The position numbers and the translations under genes were made by a program. Below, in pieces: positions 1 through 11,650 of a stretch of 34,512 nt of DNA. Each line of letters opens with the position of its first letter. The stretch's first letter is position 1. The DNA comes from Callorhinchus milii (lineage: Eukaryota): NCBI RefSeq assembly GCF_018977255.1, contig NW_024705561.1:1-34512 (forward strand). The letters run 5' to 3'. A model generated the notes under the pieces. That model made no database searches. It was not told where the DNA came from and worked only from the letters and a program-made list of their open reading frames with translations.

Positions 1-225
1 CATCCCTTCGCCTTGCTTCCTCCCTCGCATCCTTCAAGGTCGGTATCAAGACCTTTCTCTTCACCGTGTCTTTGGTCTCCCTCCCACCTTCCTGGCTCCC
101 CTCACCGCTACTACACCCTTCCTCCATTCTCGGCCCCCGACAGCTGACTGTTCAGCGCTTTGGGACGTCCTCCCGACGTGAAAGGCGCTCTATAAGTGTA
201 ATTTTGTCGATGTTGTCGTTGATAT
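1..225 (+). mobile_element. L2 LINE 3' end
   Basis: Pyrimidine-rich L2 3' region ending in CAGCGCTTTGGGACGTCCTCCCGACGTGAAAGGCGCTCTATAAGT plus a short TTG-type tail; the same tail recurs at ~27100-27150 and in the SINEs. Confidence 0.8.
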
Positions 226-534
226 GGAATCGCCGTTCCCGTTTCAATAACAAAGTATACATCAATTCACTTTTCTGTTGATTTCGTGAAGTGATTTATT
301 TAATCTCAATCAAGTGATAAAGCAAGGATTCTTTTATTATATCTTTCTGGGCCATTGCACAATTAGTGATGAAGAGCTGTGCATGCAGCTGCAACAACTT
401 TACATAACTTTTTCCTTTTAAAATGACGGTGCTGATGTGACTCAGATAGATTCGACCGATTAATGCAGGTTGGATTCTTGGAGCGCTTAACAGTGCCATA
501 GACCTTTAATGTTTCACGGCCCTTTCAGTCATCC

Positions 535-1125
535 TCAGTCATCAGAGTCATCAGGGTTATGCCAACGCCCTGATTTTCGGCCTTTACAACTCTTCCCTAT
601 AGAAGCTGCACATCATCTCAAACTCTGGAGCTCGTTTCCTCTCCCGCTCTAGACTCCGTGACTCCATCAACACCCCCTCGCCACTGGCTTCCCAACCCTC
701 AGAGGATCGAGTTCAAAATTCTGGAGTTCACCTTCAAAGCTCTCCATGGCCTTGGCCCTCTAACTCTCCGACCTGATAACTCCTTGTCAACCTGTTCGCT
801 CCCTCTGCTCAGCGAGTTCCGGCTTTCTACTCGTCTCCCAAATGGCCGGTCCCACCTTGGGTGGTAGAGCCTTGAGCATCTCTGATCCCATCATCTGGAA
901 CTCCATCCAATATTTCCTTCAATTCGCTCCCTTCCTTTTGTCCTTGAAGGCACATCTCAAGACCTGCCTCTTCGACCGCCTCTTTGGCCACCATCGTACC
1001 CTCTCTGACTGCCACCTTCCCTGATCCTTAATAACAATCCGCTCGGCTCCTAATCCCTGACTCTTCAGCGACATCGTATATCCTCCTGTCGTGAAATACG
1101 CTTTACAAATAATCTTGTGTTGTCT
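535..1125 (+). mobile_element. L2 LINE 3' fragment (degenerate ORF2 C-terminus and tail)
   Basis: Translates to HWLPNPQRIEFKILEFTFKALHGLGP, matching the L2 ORF2 C-terminal motif; ends in GTCGTGAAATACGCTTTACAAAT tail. Confidence 0.85.
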
Positions 1126-1601
1126 CAGCGGAAAGGAGGAATAGGTGACTGTAGGTGTGAGTCAAAGAACCGATGCCTAGTTCTGGCATAGACCCTGGAC
1201 TGCCGTGCCTCATCAGTATCAATCTATCAGATTTCAAATTATTTGCTTTGCGGTGAAATTGGAATTGAAACACGTGTTGAAATAATCAGTAACTTTTAAC
1301 GACAGTGGAGTTCATGCTTTAATGTAACCATTCAGCGGCGCTACAGGAGCTTTTCGGAAACCTGAACACTGTTAGTGCTGTTAATCAGTAATGGCAATTT
1401 GGACCGATGAGATGTTTGAGCAGCGAGAAACTTGAGTAGCATTTGGATTCTATGACTTTCAAATGAATCTGAACAAAACAACTTTGCTTCATCTGATGAT
1501 ATATTGGTAACCGAAGCCTGCAGCGGTAAAGAGATTTTTTTTATAAAGCGTCTATATATTAATTCACCCACTACTTCACAGAATATCTATCATTTAAACA
1601 A

Positions 1602-1709
1602 CCCATCCAGCTGACCATCGCTGATCATCACATCCACCTGACCATCACAGGTCCACACATCCACCTGACCATCACAGGTCCACACATCCACATGATCCTC
1701 AAAGGTCAA
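1602..1709. repeat. 27-bp tandem repeat, 4 copies (unit CACATCCACCTGACCATCACAGGTCCA)
   Basis: Two identical copies at 1629-1655 and 1656-1682; diverged copies at 1602-1628 and 1683-1709. Confidence 0.85.
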
Positions 1710-2289
1710 CGCACCCATACTTCCATCCAGTCTTCAACCTAACCAATCAATCCTTCCGTGCAAACGCCCAGCTTGGCTTTTGAAACGAATTACAAGCAAA
1801 CATTACAAGGAGACAAGCGATGAGGAGCAGAGACTGTTGTTTGTAAAATGATCCAAGGCCTACTCATCTATGAGACCAGGTAATCTAGATCGTTGAGATC
1901 ATCTGGTTTTAAAATGTACAATTATCCTGTGGAAAATTAAGTTTGGAAATAAAGTTATTCATTTGAATAATTGTGGGCCGATGCTTCAGTTGATGTTCAA
2001 ATGTTCTTATTTAATTGGGATTTGTCTCTTCAAATATCACTGACTTTTTTCGCAGCCAATGAGAGAAAGCTTTGTATGTCATCACTGTGGTGGATAAGTT
2101 CTCCAACGTTTGCACTCATGCGATTTTCATCTGCAAATCAACAGGAAACGACTCACTGCCCACAGAGCACAGATTTCTGCAGATAGCAAACCATGGCAGA
2201 TGATATGTGTAACTCATTGTAACTACCCATTTGTTCTTTGTTTCAAAACGTTTCCATATTAAAATAATAATTCATATTAATAATCCATG

Positions 2290-2560
2290 TATATTATACA
2301 GTGCTTTTCACATCTTCTAGATGTCACAAAGTGCTTCACAAAATATTCTACGATATAAGTTAGCTGTACGTTTGTGGACAAACCTAGGCAGTCTATTGCA
2401 GTGTGTCAAACACAGTTCTCGTTTGAAATGACCGATTTATTATTCTTAGTTTTCTCTTGAGGGATTAATGTTAGATTCGTGGAGTCGGGAAACTTGTCCA
2501 AAGTTTCGCCCTGCCGGGAATCGAAGCGAGAACGCTTCCTTGAGAGGCGAGCGATCTACA
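2290..2560 (-). mobile_element. tRNA-derived SINE with L2-type tail
   Basis: Reverse complement of a tRNA-like head (B box GTTCGATTCCC-like, ~2510-2530) and tail (TGAAGCACTTTGTGACATC) near 2300-2340. Confidence 0.7.
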
Positions 2561-3069
2561 AATAATAAACAGATGATCTGGGAGTGACAGGATATCTGAT
2601 AAGTAAAACATAAGGGATGGTCTTGTAAAAATCGTCTAAATTATTGGTGGGCGGGTGGATGGGTCGAGGGCCTATGACGTGGGGGGCAGCTTGATAGAGA
2701 TCGAGAGTTTTTAATACAGATAAATTATTTTCACGGTCGTTCAAGTCATTGACTAAAGGCTTTAATTTAGATATTTGGCTATGGAATGCCTGACAGGAGC
2801 AATGTTTGTGACAGAACCATATACATTTTCACAAGATAGCCAGAGACATATCTAAAAGAGCATCAAATGTAGAGCAAGTATATTGGCTGAAAAGGATTGT
2901 CCTTCAAGTAGCCAGCAGACATTCAATGGAGCAAATTGTCACTTTTTTGCTCCAAACGTCTTATTTTCTATAATCAATGGACTGATAGACACTGTATTAT
3001 TGCTCTCAACTGTTGTTTCAACTGATGTTGGTTATTCAGTTTCAGTTTGAATACTTTTTGCGGGGTGGG

Positions 3070-3300
3070 TGTCGTGGGGGTAAGTTTCCTTACTCCACAC
3101 GCCTGATAATATTCCCTCTGCAAAATAAAACAAGATATAGTTGTTCTCTTCAAAAAACGACTGTTTGCTGGACACTGCTGTGCGCAATTGACTGCCGCAT
3201 TTCGCCCACTAGTATCCTGTCAATTCACTTCACAGTCTATTTGGGACGTCGAGATGACTTGAAAAGCGCTATACGAAAGGATTATTATTATTATATATGT
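3070..3300 (+). mobile_element. SINE (body and L2-type tail)
   Basis: Shared body motif GCGCAATTGACTGCCGCATTT and tail TTTGGGACGTC...GAAAAGCGCTATA...GGATTATTATT. Confidence 0.7.
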
Positions 3301-3544
3301 TATTTAATACACAGCGTCGCCAAATCGAGGATAATAATCTTTACATTTTATACAGCGTATTTCCTGGCTGAAGATATCTTAATCGCTTCAAATGATTTAC
3401 TGCAGAGCTTAGTGACTGTATGATGCAGGTGAATGAAACGCAGCCACGAAATGTTTATCAGTCTGTTTCACATGGCAGTAGTTTCGCCTCTGACAAGTGA
3501 TTGTGTGTCAACATTGACATTTTGACTCATGTAGTCCCTCCTGA

Positions 3545-3960
3545 TAATGCAACACAGTGCTCGGGTTGTGCCGCATAGTGAGGCTGCAATCTTTCCGGTG
3601 GGATATTAAACCGAGGTTTGTCTGTCTGTGTAAATGGAGGTTAAAGATTTCAGGGCACTATGTGAAATAAAACGGGAGATTCTCCCGTGTCCTGGCCAAC
3701 AATCCTACTCTGAGAATCCTCAACAGCACGAAATAACGGCGTCTGAAATGCTGATATTATTATGGTGCAATATAAAGTAATATTAATAAGAAGAAATTGG
3801 TCATTCCACTGCTTGTCTTTTGGTGGAACATTGCTGGGTGCAATTGACCGCCACATTCTCCCACAAATTAAAAAGTCAATTTACTTCACATTATATTGTC
3901 TGAAGCACTTACAGACGAATTTAACACGTTGTATCGAATGCAAGGATTATTTTTATTAGT
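3545..3960 (+). mobile_element. SINE (Deu-domain-like core, L2-type tail)
   Basis: Contains GTGTCCTGGCCAAC core, GTGCAATTGACCGCC body and CGAATGCAAGGATTATT tail as in the other copies. Confidence 0.65.
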
Positions 3961-4099
3961 AATTTAATGTTAACGTGTACAGTGGTGATTTTTGTCCGAT
4001 TAGTTTGAGCTATTCTCTCTTTATGAAAACAGGGGTATGGGACATCTATAAAGTAAATAAGAAGTGAGAGAAAATCTCCAACAATGTAGTTCACCCCCT

Positions 4100-4210
4100 G
4101 CACTGTATTACAGTGTCGGCCTGGAATTCATCAGTTTCACATGCAGACATGGGGCTTGAACCCACGGCCTTCTGACTGACAGGCCAGAGTGCTGACAACT
4201 GAGCCAGGTT
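4100..4210 (-). mobile_element. SINE tRNA-like head
   Basis: Reverse complement reads TGGCTCAGTTGTCAGCACTCTGGCC...GTGGGTTCAAGCCCC (A and B boxes); similar to 24240-24300. Confidence 0.65.
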
Positions 4211-5689
4211 ACTGCATATGTTTAATGGTACACTCTGCGTTCAAAGTCTCAATGTGGGGATTGAGCGAAATGATCCTAATTAATGGACACACTGCAGGTT
4301 AACATCAGCATTCGGACAGACAGAATAAGAAGCATCTTACGTCAACTTCCTCAGACATGAAAGTTACAATATTTCCTATATACTATTGATTTCAAAATAA
4401 TATTCCCTAAAACACATGTCCAAAGATCATTGGAGCGTTTCTGTTTCACTCACTGAAAGCAACTAACACGTTCACACACGTTCCTTGTTTAGCTATTAAT
4501 TTTCAATAATTAATGCTGCCATAATACCTACTGTAGATTGTTATTCTTTCTGGTGCGGATTATTCTACGCTAGTCAGCAGTAGGTTTCGAACTTTTTTTN
4601 GCTTCTGAAATATAAAGTTTGCGTGGAGAGGTTATAATTATATAAACATTAAATAATCAAGGAATGTCTGTCCAAAAATTTACTTTCTGGAAGACGTTAA
4701 GCTTTGTAAGATACGCATTTGTCGTGAATTTGCTACCCGGCAAAATTAAAGCTGTCTTGTGAAGCATTCTCCAATAGATACAAATAACCTTCAACAGCTT
4801 TATATCCCCTGCAGAACAATTTCTGGTAGAACTATTTGATTTCCACTGGCATGAGGCGTGTATGGAAAAGACACTGTGTTGTTTTTTGTAATATTTTTAA
4901 CTAGTTTCTGGCAGCTGGTTTAAGGTTAGGTTTATATTGAGATGAAGCTGCTCTAATTTAGTTTGAGAAAGTGCAGGTGTTTCCTGCAGATAAGAAACTG
5001 ATTCACTCTCAGAACATCACGTGACCAATGTCAGTGTTTTCTTATAAATGTTGTTTGATGGATTCAGTAAAGTGTTCATTAAAGTTAGTTACCCTCCAAA
5101 CCTCAGCGATTGTTAAATTTGATTTCACTCAAGTTTATAAATCGTGGATATATTCGTTGTATTCTATTCTGCCTTTGGTTATTGTGGCCAGAATTGGTGT
5201 GCGGTGCGGAGGGGAAGGGGTGAGAGGAGGAAACGGGTCTGACTGGAGCTTAACTGATTCCAGGTTGGGACAGTTGGCATAAAATATGGTAATTGAATAA
5301 AGCCTTTGTAGTGATCTCGATCATTGTGTTCCTGAGCCAAGTGAGTCCTTAATATTTCACGCCGTGTTGTTGACAAACCAGTCAACCTGACTGCCTCATT
5401 CGAAGGACCAGAGTGGCAAACTGTTTAAGGTGGCATTTGAAATGTGTTTAATTTCGGTCATGCTAACACTGTAGGCCAAAGCAATAACTGACAGGATAAT
5501 TCTAATTGGTCAGGACATAGGAAACTGGCCAGACATTACATGCACTTGCAGATAAATTCCATTCCTGCAACAAGAGTTTCCAATGTTGCTAGTTTCCTGA
5601 AAATATATTGCTATTAAACTGTCCCCTAAATTGAGTCCGGATTCCTGCAGCTTTGTTCAGTGCAAATTATTCCCCAACCAGCCTCCTTC

Positions 5690-5800
5690 CCTCTCTATCT
5701 CTTTCTTTCTTTATTTCTCTCTCCCTTCTCTCTCTCGCCCTGTTTCTCTTTCTCTCTCTCCCTCTCTCTCTTTGACACAAACACACACACATATACATAC
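5690..5800. repeat. (CT)n/(CA)n compound microsatellite
   Basis: Visible CT-rich run followed by CACACACA. Confidence 0.85.
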
Positions 5801-6239
5801 AACATCATATATTACAATTTCATATGAATGTACACTCCAGTTTATTAATTGTTCCTCATAGAACATCAACCTCACTGAGGAAATAAGCCTCGCTGTTCTC
5901 TGTGCAGTATCTTGTCCAGGCTCTTTCATTTGGACAATCAGTCTGAACAATGTCTGTGCAGCTTCATGACGTTTTCCGAGGATTTGAGCCTCAACTGGTT
6001 AAGCATGTTGCACAACATCCTATTTGCTTTCTCAGGCCATAGCATGGCATGGTCTGTGCTGCTTTAAGATTATAGAAATGAACATCCTTCTCTTGTTGCA
6101 GAATAATTTCTTCCTATATTTCCATTGCAAGACGCAAACATCCTTGGATTGATAGCTGAATAGAAAAATTGTGAAGTAAATGAAGGATTGTTTTGGACAG
6201 GACGATTCTACTTGATATGGAAAGTGTTCATGGGCTGAA

Positions 6240-6860
6240 ATCCACCAGAGTCTAAATATACTTTATTCATGTAACATTTTGAAATTTGTAGAATTTGGCA
6301 AGTCTTTGAAATCAGTACATACACAATACTGACTTTATTTTGGCAGTAATTAACAACTTCCAATTGCTGGATGCAAAAAAATTCTGCATAAAAGTGTCAA
6401 GATTTATACAAGTATGATTCCTTACCTACAGGGATCATTCACAAGTATGGTAATGGTAAGAGGCCTACAGTGTTTTGGTCAAAACAGAGGACATTTCCTG
6501 CAATTAAACGTCAAAGCAAAGCTCTGTACACACTATTTCAGTGAGTGAGCAATAAATGTATGGAACAGGATTCTTCCGGAGACGGTGAAAGCAGAAAGTT
6601 TGATTCTTTCAAAAGCAAACAAGATAGATATGTTTCAGGAAATAATCTTGGAGGACAGTAAATGTATAGAACAGGATTGCTCTGGAGACGGTGAACGCAG
6701 AAATTGTAGATGATTTCAAAAGCATATGGGATAGACCTTATTCAGGAAATTATAACTTGGGGGACGGTAAAGATTTGGGGCCATGACAAGTGAATTTCAC
6801 TATGAGGATAGTGGAAGTTGAACTGGATGGTCTCTGGTCTTCTATTGTAACACCATTCTT
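6240..6860 (+). mobile_element. Degenerate CR1 LINE 3' fragment with an internally duplicated ~105-bp segment
   Basis: GGAGACGGTGAA(A/C)GCAGAAA...TTCAAAAGCA...GATAGA occurs twice (~6570 and ~6680); a similar segment lies at ~18170. Confidence 0.55.
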
Positions 6861-7953
6861 ATGTTCCAACTAAGCTGTTGGATTGGATCAGATCAGATTG
6901 AAAGCAGATATAACTGAGGATGTTAAACGTAGTGAACACAGGATACAGTAAGGATTGTGCTTTTTAGTTAGCAGGATAATCAAGGTCAATATTGCACCAC
7001 ATTTCTGCACGGTTAATCCCCAAATCATTAATAGGGTTGGCTGGAAATGCAGAGGTTGGATGACGAGAGGTCAAAACAGAACATGGTACAAAAAAAATGA
7101 TGTATGTTTTGAGAGAGCTGGAAAATTATTCACATGTAAGATACGTGAATACTAATGTAGATGAAACAAACGGCAGAAGTGGTCACAGAATGGTCAGAAC
7201 AAATGTACTTTTGTGCAGGGAATTTCCTCCTTACTGTGCAATTGTGACTATTTAGTTATTGATCTGTCAACTTATTTTTTTCCCATGAAGCTGCTCGGTT
7301 CAAATTGTGCAGCTCAGCAGAGGCAGGAGATAAATCTATGTCAATGCATAAACAGATTGAACACGCGCATTGTTCCATAAATACTCTAACACATAAATGC
7401 ATGTTATTCTATTAGAATAGCCACGTGTCTGAAGCTGTATCTGGGTGTGGGGCAGATCATTGTGGACGGAAGCAGCTGCCAGTCACTGGAGCAAAGAATA
7501 ACTCAAGTGGAACAATTTTATAGCAAAGCTATATCTGAAGTAGGACATTACATTTAACAGCTTTTGTTTAATGCTGACTTACTGGAATCTGTCGAATTTG
7601 GAAATCAGGAGCAAAGGCAAAATTGACACAAAAGGAACAGGAAATAAAAATATCAAACAGCTCAATCAGCCGTCACATCTTTATTGATATATCACGGTAA
7701 CAATATAGAGAATCTGCAGACATTAAGAAACAGGAGTGAATACATATATAGAGCATCAAATTAATATCAAAGCATAGATACATCAGTCAATGTCTTTCGG
7801 TATCGTTACATCACAAAAAAATTAAACAGCAAATGAAGACTATCAGCGAGCCGTGATGGTAACATTATTAGTTATTGTTTCCAAAAGGCATATTGTAAAA
7901 TAAACTAAAGATAAGAAAAGCTACTAAAATTCACATAGTTGCACAACACATTG

Positions 7954-7959
7954 TTTATT
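7954..7959 (-). terminator. Candidate poly(A) signal for the membrane IgH transcript
   Basis: TTTATT on + = AATAAA on -, about 110 nt downstream of the putative TM2 stop. Confidence 0.5.
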
Positions 7960-8069
7960 TTCAGCTGATTTCTATAATGGGGGAAAAAAGACAGCACATA
8001 ATCAGTCTCAAGACACCGTTGTTAAACACAGACGGACGAGACACATCGATGAATATGATCTGAAGAAAC

Positions 8070-8078
8070 TCAATTTAT
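8070..8078 (-). CDS. Probable IgH TM2 exon coding part (ATA AAT TGA = I-N-stop)
   Basis: Strong acceptor CTTTTATTTTCCAG followed by two codons and a stop in phase 0, the usual TM2 architecture, 542 bp past the TM1 donor; AATAAA follows. Residues differ from canonical VK. Confidence 0.6.
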   Translation of the reverse strand: MN

Positions 8079-8620
8079 CTGGAAAATAAAAGCAAATATA
8101 TAATGAATGATTTCAGCCGAGATAGAGAATTCATGTTCAGGCATATGTTTAATGTTCTATATATATATATCAACACAGACACTAACACACTAAGAAGAAT
8201 AAATACACAAAAACAAATACAAATAAACAAACACACACACACACAGTCACACATACACGAATCCAACTGATTGTCTTTTAATTTTTAGTTGCTTGCTGGG
8301 AACTGTGGCAGACAGAACGATTTCATGATGCTTTAAATTGTCCACAATGTACAGACAGAGGTACATAATCTGTAGAGATCCATTAGCCCTTGCCTAGTCT
8401 ATACCAGGTGAGCATATCTCAGGTGCGATAGGGTGTGTAATGGAGAGGATATTCTCATCACCTTCACACAGCCCAGTAACAAGGAACTTGGCCTAAAAAG
8501 AAAGGGAAAGTTCTCAGCAGAGTGGTGGCAATGAGAATGACAATGAGGGTTCCTATGGAACAAGTATTCAACATCAGCTGCTACATCATATCATGGCGTC
8601 AAATAATTTATTCTCATCAC

Positions 8621-8751
8621 CTTAATTAAAGTGACGGCTGCGCTGTACATAATACTCAGGAAGAAGAGGATGATGAAGGTGGAAGCAGTAGGCCACAGGT
8701 TGTCACTTGGTACTTCTTGAAAACCTTTCAGCATCATCTCGGTTGGGAAAT
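8621..8751 (-). CDS. IgH transmembrane exon TM1: (D)FPTEMMLKGFQEVPSDNLWPTASTFIILFFLSIMYSAAVTLIK
   Basis: Acceptor TTTTTTTTATCCTAACAG; phase fits the Cmu4 internal donor; CART motif TASTFxxLFxLSxxYSxxVT; donor AAG|GTGATG. Confidence 0.92.
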
Positions 8752-10680
8752 CTGTTAGGATAAAAAAAAGGAAATATCTTTAGAGGGGATTCAAACCTGA
8801 GGCCTTTCTGCTTTCAACGTATTATTGTTAATGTATATGCATTTTCCCAGTTGATCACGGGCTCCCTCACTTTAATAAACTGCACGTTCCCTTCGATCAA
8901 TTTTTCTAAATGTTTAGTTTTAACAGAAGTAAAGGAATCTTGGTTTTATTTTTTCTTCCTCACAATTAATGAATCCAAAAAAGAACTGGGGGAACATTTT
9001 GGGAAATTAAAATTCGTGGAATAACAGAAGGATGGAAATACTACCATTGAGATTCCGCTGTTAGAAAATGGACATATCGTCCCCAACCATCCAATTCCTC
9101 CTTTCTGCCTATATTGTACGTTTGAGATATTGAGATATTGAGATAAAGCATAATATATTCTAAAATATCTGAATTTATGAATTGACTAATCCTTCATATG
9201 TTACAGTGGCTTTCCTGCATGTTTTATCCCGTTTGTATGGATACAATCCTCTTTCGTTGCTTCAGTCTTTGAAGACTTCATGGATTTAAATGCTTTGGTA
9301 CGACTCTCTTCAATTTTTCTTTTACTTTCTGTTTTTAGAAGTACAGCAACAATATTTGTAGCTGTTCGCTGCAGCGCCAATCACAGGCATTATTTTCATG
9401 GTCTTTGTGTAACTGCCCAAAACCCTCTCAGCAGCTCTTATGTCCTTTGTGTGATAAATTGTCCAGAACCACATGTAGTGATCCACTCACAATCCCGTTA
9501 ACTTGAAATGTCATTGACAGTCGATTAACTTTGCGAAAATCACAGAATCTGTTTCAGTGATCTTCCGATACGTTTTCCAATCGACGTGTCCTCCAAGTTT
9601 TTTGCCATTCCACTTATAACAGAATTATTTTGCTGCTATTCCTACAGTGATTATTTTACTATAAATATACTTCAACAAACTGGTGTCTCAACATTGAACT
9701 ACATTTCCACCTCTCTGGAAACTCAGTTAAAATGTCTGTTACATTACGCAATTCCCCAGGTTATTCCTCAATTTGTCAGCGTCCCCTACTCTTTCATCAT
9801 CAACGTTTTTATAAATGGCACCATTTCTATTTCAAAATGGCTGATATTGTTGTAAAGCAATAGAACAACCAGCAAAAACATTTGTGTAAATCAACTAAAC
9901 AGATTGAGGTATAAGTGAACAGGGTTCATCCCTGAGGGCCATCAAGTGTGTGAGGGGCCTGGGTTGGTGTGAATGTAGTTAAGTGCGTGCGAGACTGGGT
10001 GGAAGTGTCTGTGTGTGAGTTAGTGTGGGCCTGGGTGGATATGGTTGTGAATGAGTGTGCGAAGGTCTCGGTGTATGAGTGCAAATGTGGACTTGGGTGG
10101 ATTGAGCGTGTGTGAAGTTTGTGAATGAGTGTATTTATTTACAAAGGCGTGGCTAAGCGAGTGCTCAAGTGAATATGTAACCGTATCCAGATCTTTTCTG
10201 TGGAACAAGTATCATTGTTACAGGAAATTTACCAAAATGGCCACAGTTTACATCTGAGAAGTTGTTTCGTGTGGAATGCGATGCTGTTCAGTGATTGAGA
10301 AAATATCCTGCAAGGGAAAAGGTGTAGCTGTGCTGTGCAATTATAAAACAAACTGCAAATAAAATTCGTTTTGAGATTGGATTATAACCAGTGATGTTGA
10401 ATTAGTGGGGACTTTATTATCAACTTATTTTTTTTGGGGGGAGGGTTGTGTGTGGGTGGTGGGGCGTAGGGGTGTGGGGTGGACGCGCTGGTCCGCCCGG
10501 CGTATGACACATGTGGAAATATATCACCACGCTTAAGTGTAAATACGAAAATGACTGCGGTAATAACTTAATATTAGCTTTTCTTCCAAAAAAAATGCAT
10601 CAGTCCTCACGCTGGAAAATATCTGTTTGAATAATTTTAAATCACTCCGAAGTACCTGACACGTCAATAAAACAATGATC

Positions 10681-10686
10681 TTTATT
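10681..10686 (-). terminator. Poly(A) signal for the secreted IgH transcript
   Basis: AATAAA on the minus strand ~83 nt after the tailpiece stop codon. Confidence 0.75.
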
Positions 10687-10768
10687 TGATTTAATTGTTG
10701 AAAACTGACAATGCAATGGCAAGAAGGTGGGTGCACAAAAGGATAAGCAAGATGGTATTGAGAGACAC

Positions 10769-11160
10769 TCAGTGACACGGATTCACGGTGTCCATCAGGA
10801 CAAGTGCAAGGTTTACAAAACTCGGTTTACCGCTGGATTTATTTACGGTTCTGGTCAGGGTCTTCAGTGGGAACGTTTCGTGGCCCACCACACATGAGTA
10901 GGAGGGTCTTCTGTTCCACTCATCGACTGAGAGGGTTAACATGCTGTACATGGAGTAGTTGAGATCTTCACTGTCTGCCATCACCTCGGTGTTTCTGTAC
11001 TTGTTGGCATCAATCAACTGGTCATTCACAGTCCACTGCACAAAGATCTCTTTGGGAGCGAAGTCCTTCACCAGGCAGGTCAAGGTGACAAACTGCTGAG
11101 CAGCCATTTCTTCTGCCGAGGGGAGGAGCAGATACACTGAAGGTTGTTTTGTGTACACAA
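10769..11160 (-). CDS. IGHM-like: IgH constant exon 2 (IgM Cmu4-like C1-set domain) plus secretory tailpiece GKPSFVNLALVLMDTVNPCH
   Basis: Acceptor TTCTTCCTACAG; PSVYLLLP...TLTCLVKDFAPKEIFVQW...YSCVVGHE; internal donor G|GTAAA at 10831/10830 for TM splicing; penultimate tailpiece Cys; stop at 10769-10771. Confidence 0.96.
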
Positions 11161-11650
11161 CTGTAGGAAGAATGCAATCAGATCAATACAATGATGGTGT
11201 CAATCATAGAATATTTTGAAGCATCAGATCTTGCAGAACAAGCTGAGAATAATGTTTGTGTCTCTGTTAAATCTGTGCTCAGTGGTTTGTAATTGTTGGT
11301 GTGACTAGGAACATTGGTGTGGGTTGAAATCCCCGACAGGACTTTATTATATGCACCCAGTGACCAGCGGTTCAGATATGGTAACTCTGCTCCCTGAGAA
11401 CATGTGTAAACATCCTCCAGGTGATGGTTAGATTCTTGTTGATATAATTCATGTGGGTGAATGTACTTAACAAATTTTATCTATAAATTGTTGTCCGACG
11501 TTCGTGAGAGATTATAAATCTATCGAAAGACAAACAGAAAAAGAAGCAAACAGAGAGCTGATCATTGTATTCCCAGTTGTTTCTGTTGATTGAAATCTGA
11601 AATTACAATAAACAAATAAATCATTTATTTCCTGAAATATGGCTACTCAC

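Noticed and set aside
6560-6770. Tandem ~105-bp duplication as a novel element
   Set aside because: It is a repeated CR1 3'-end segment.
8450-8623. 15-bp direct repeat TATTCTCATCACCTT at 8450 and 8609 copying the TM1 donor context
   Set aside because: Too short to show duplication, and using the downstream copy would include a stop codon.
9940-10500. GT/G-rich tracts between the secretory poly(A) site and TM1
   Set aside because: Low-complexity sequence with no defined unit or motif beyond possible G-quadruplex potential.
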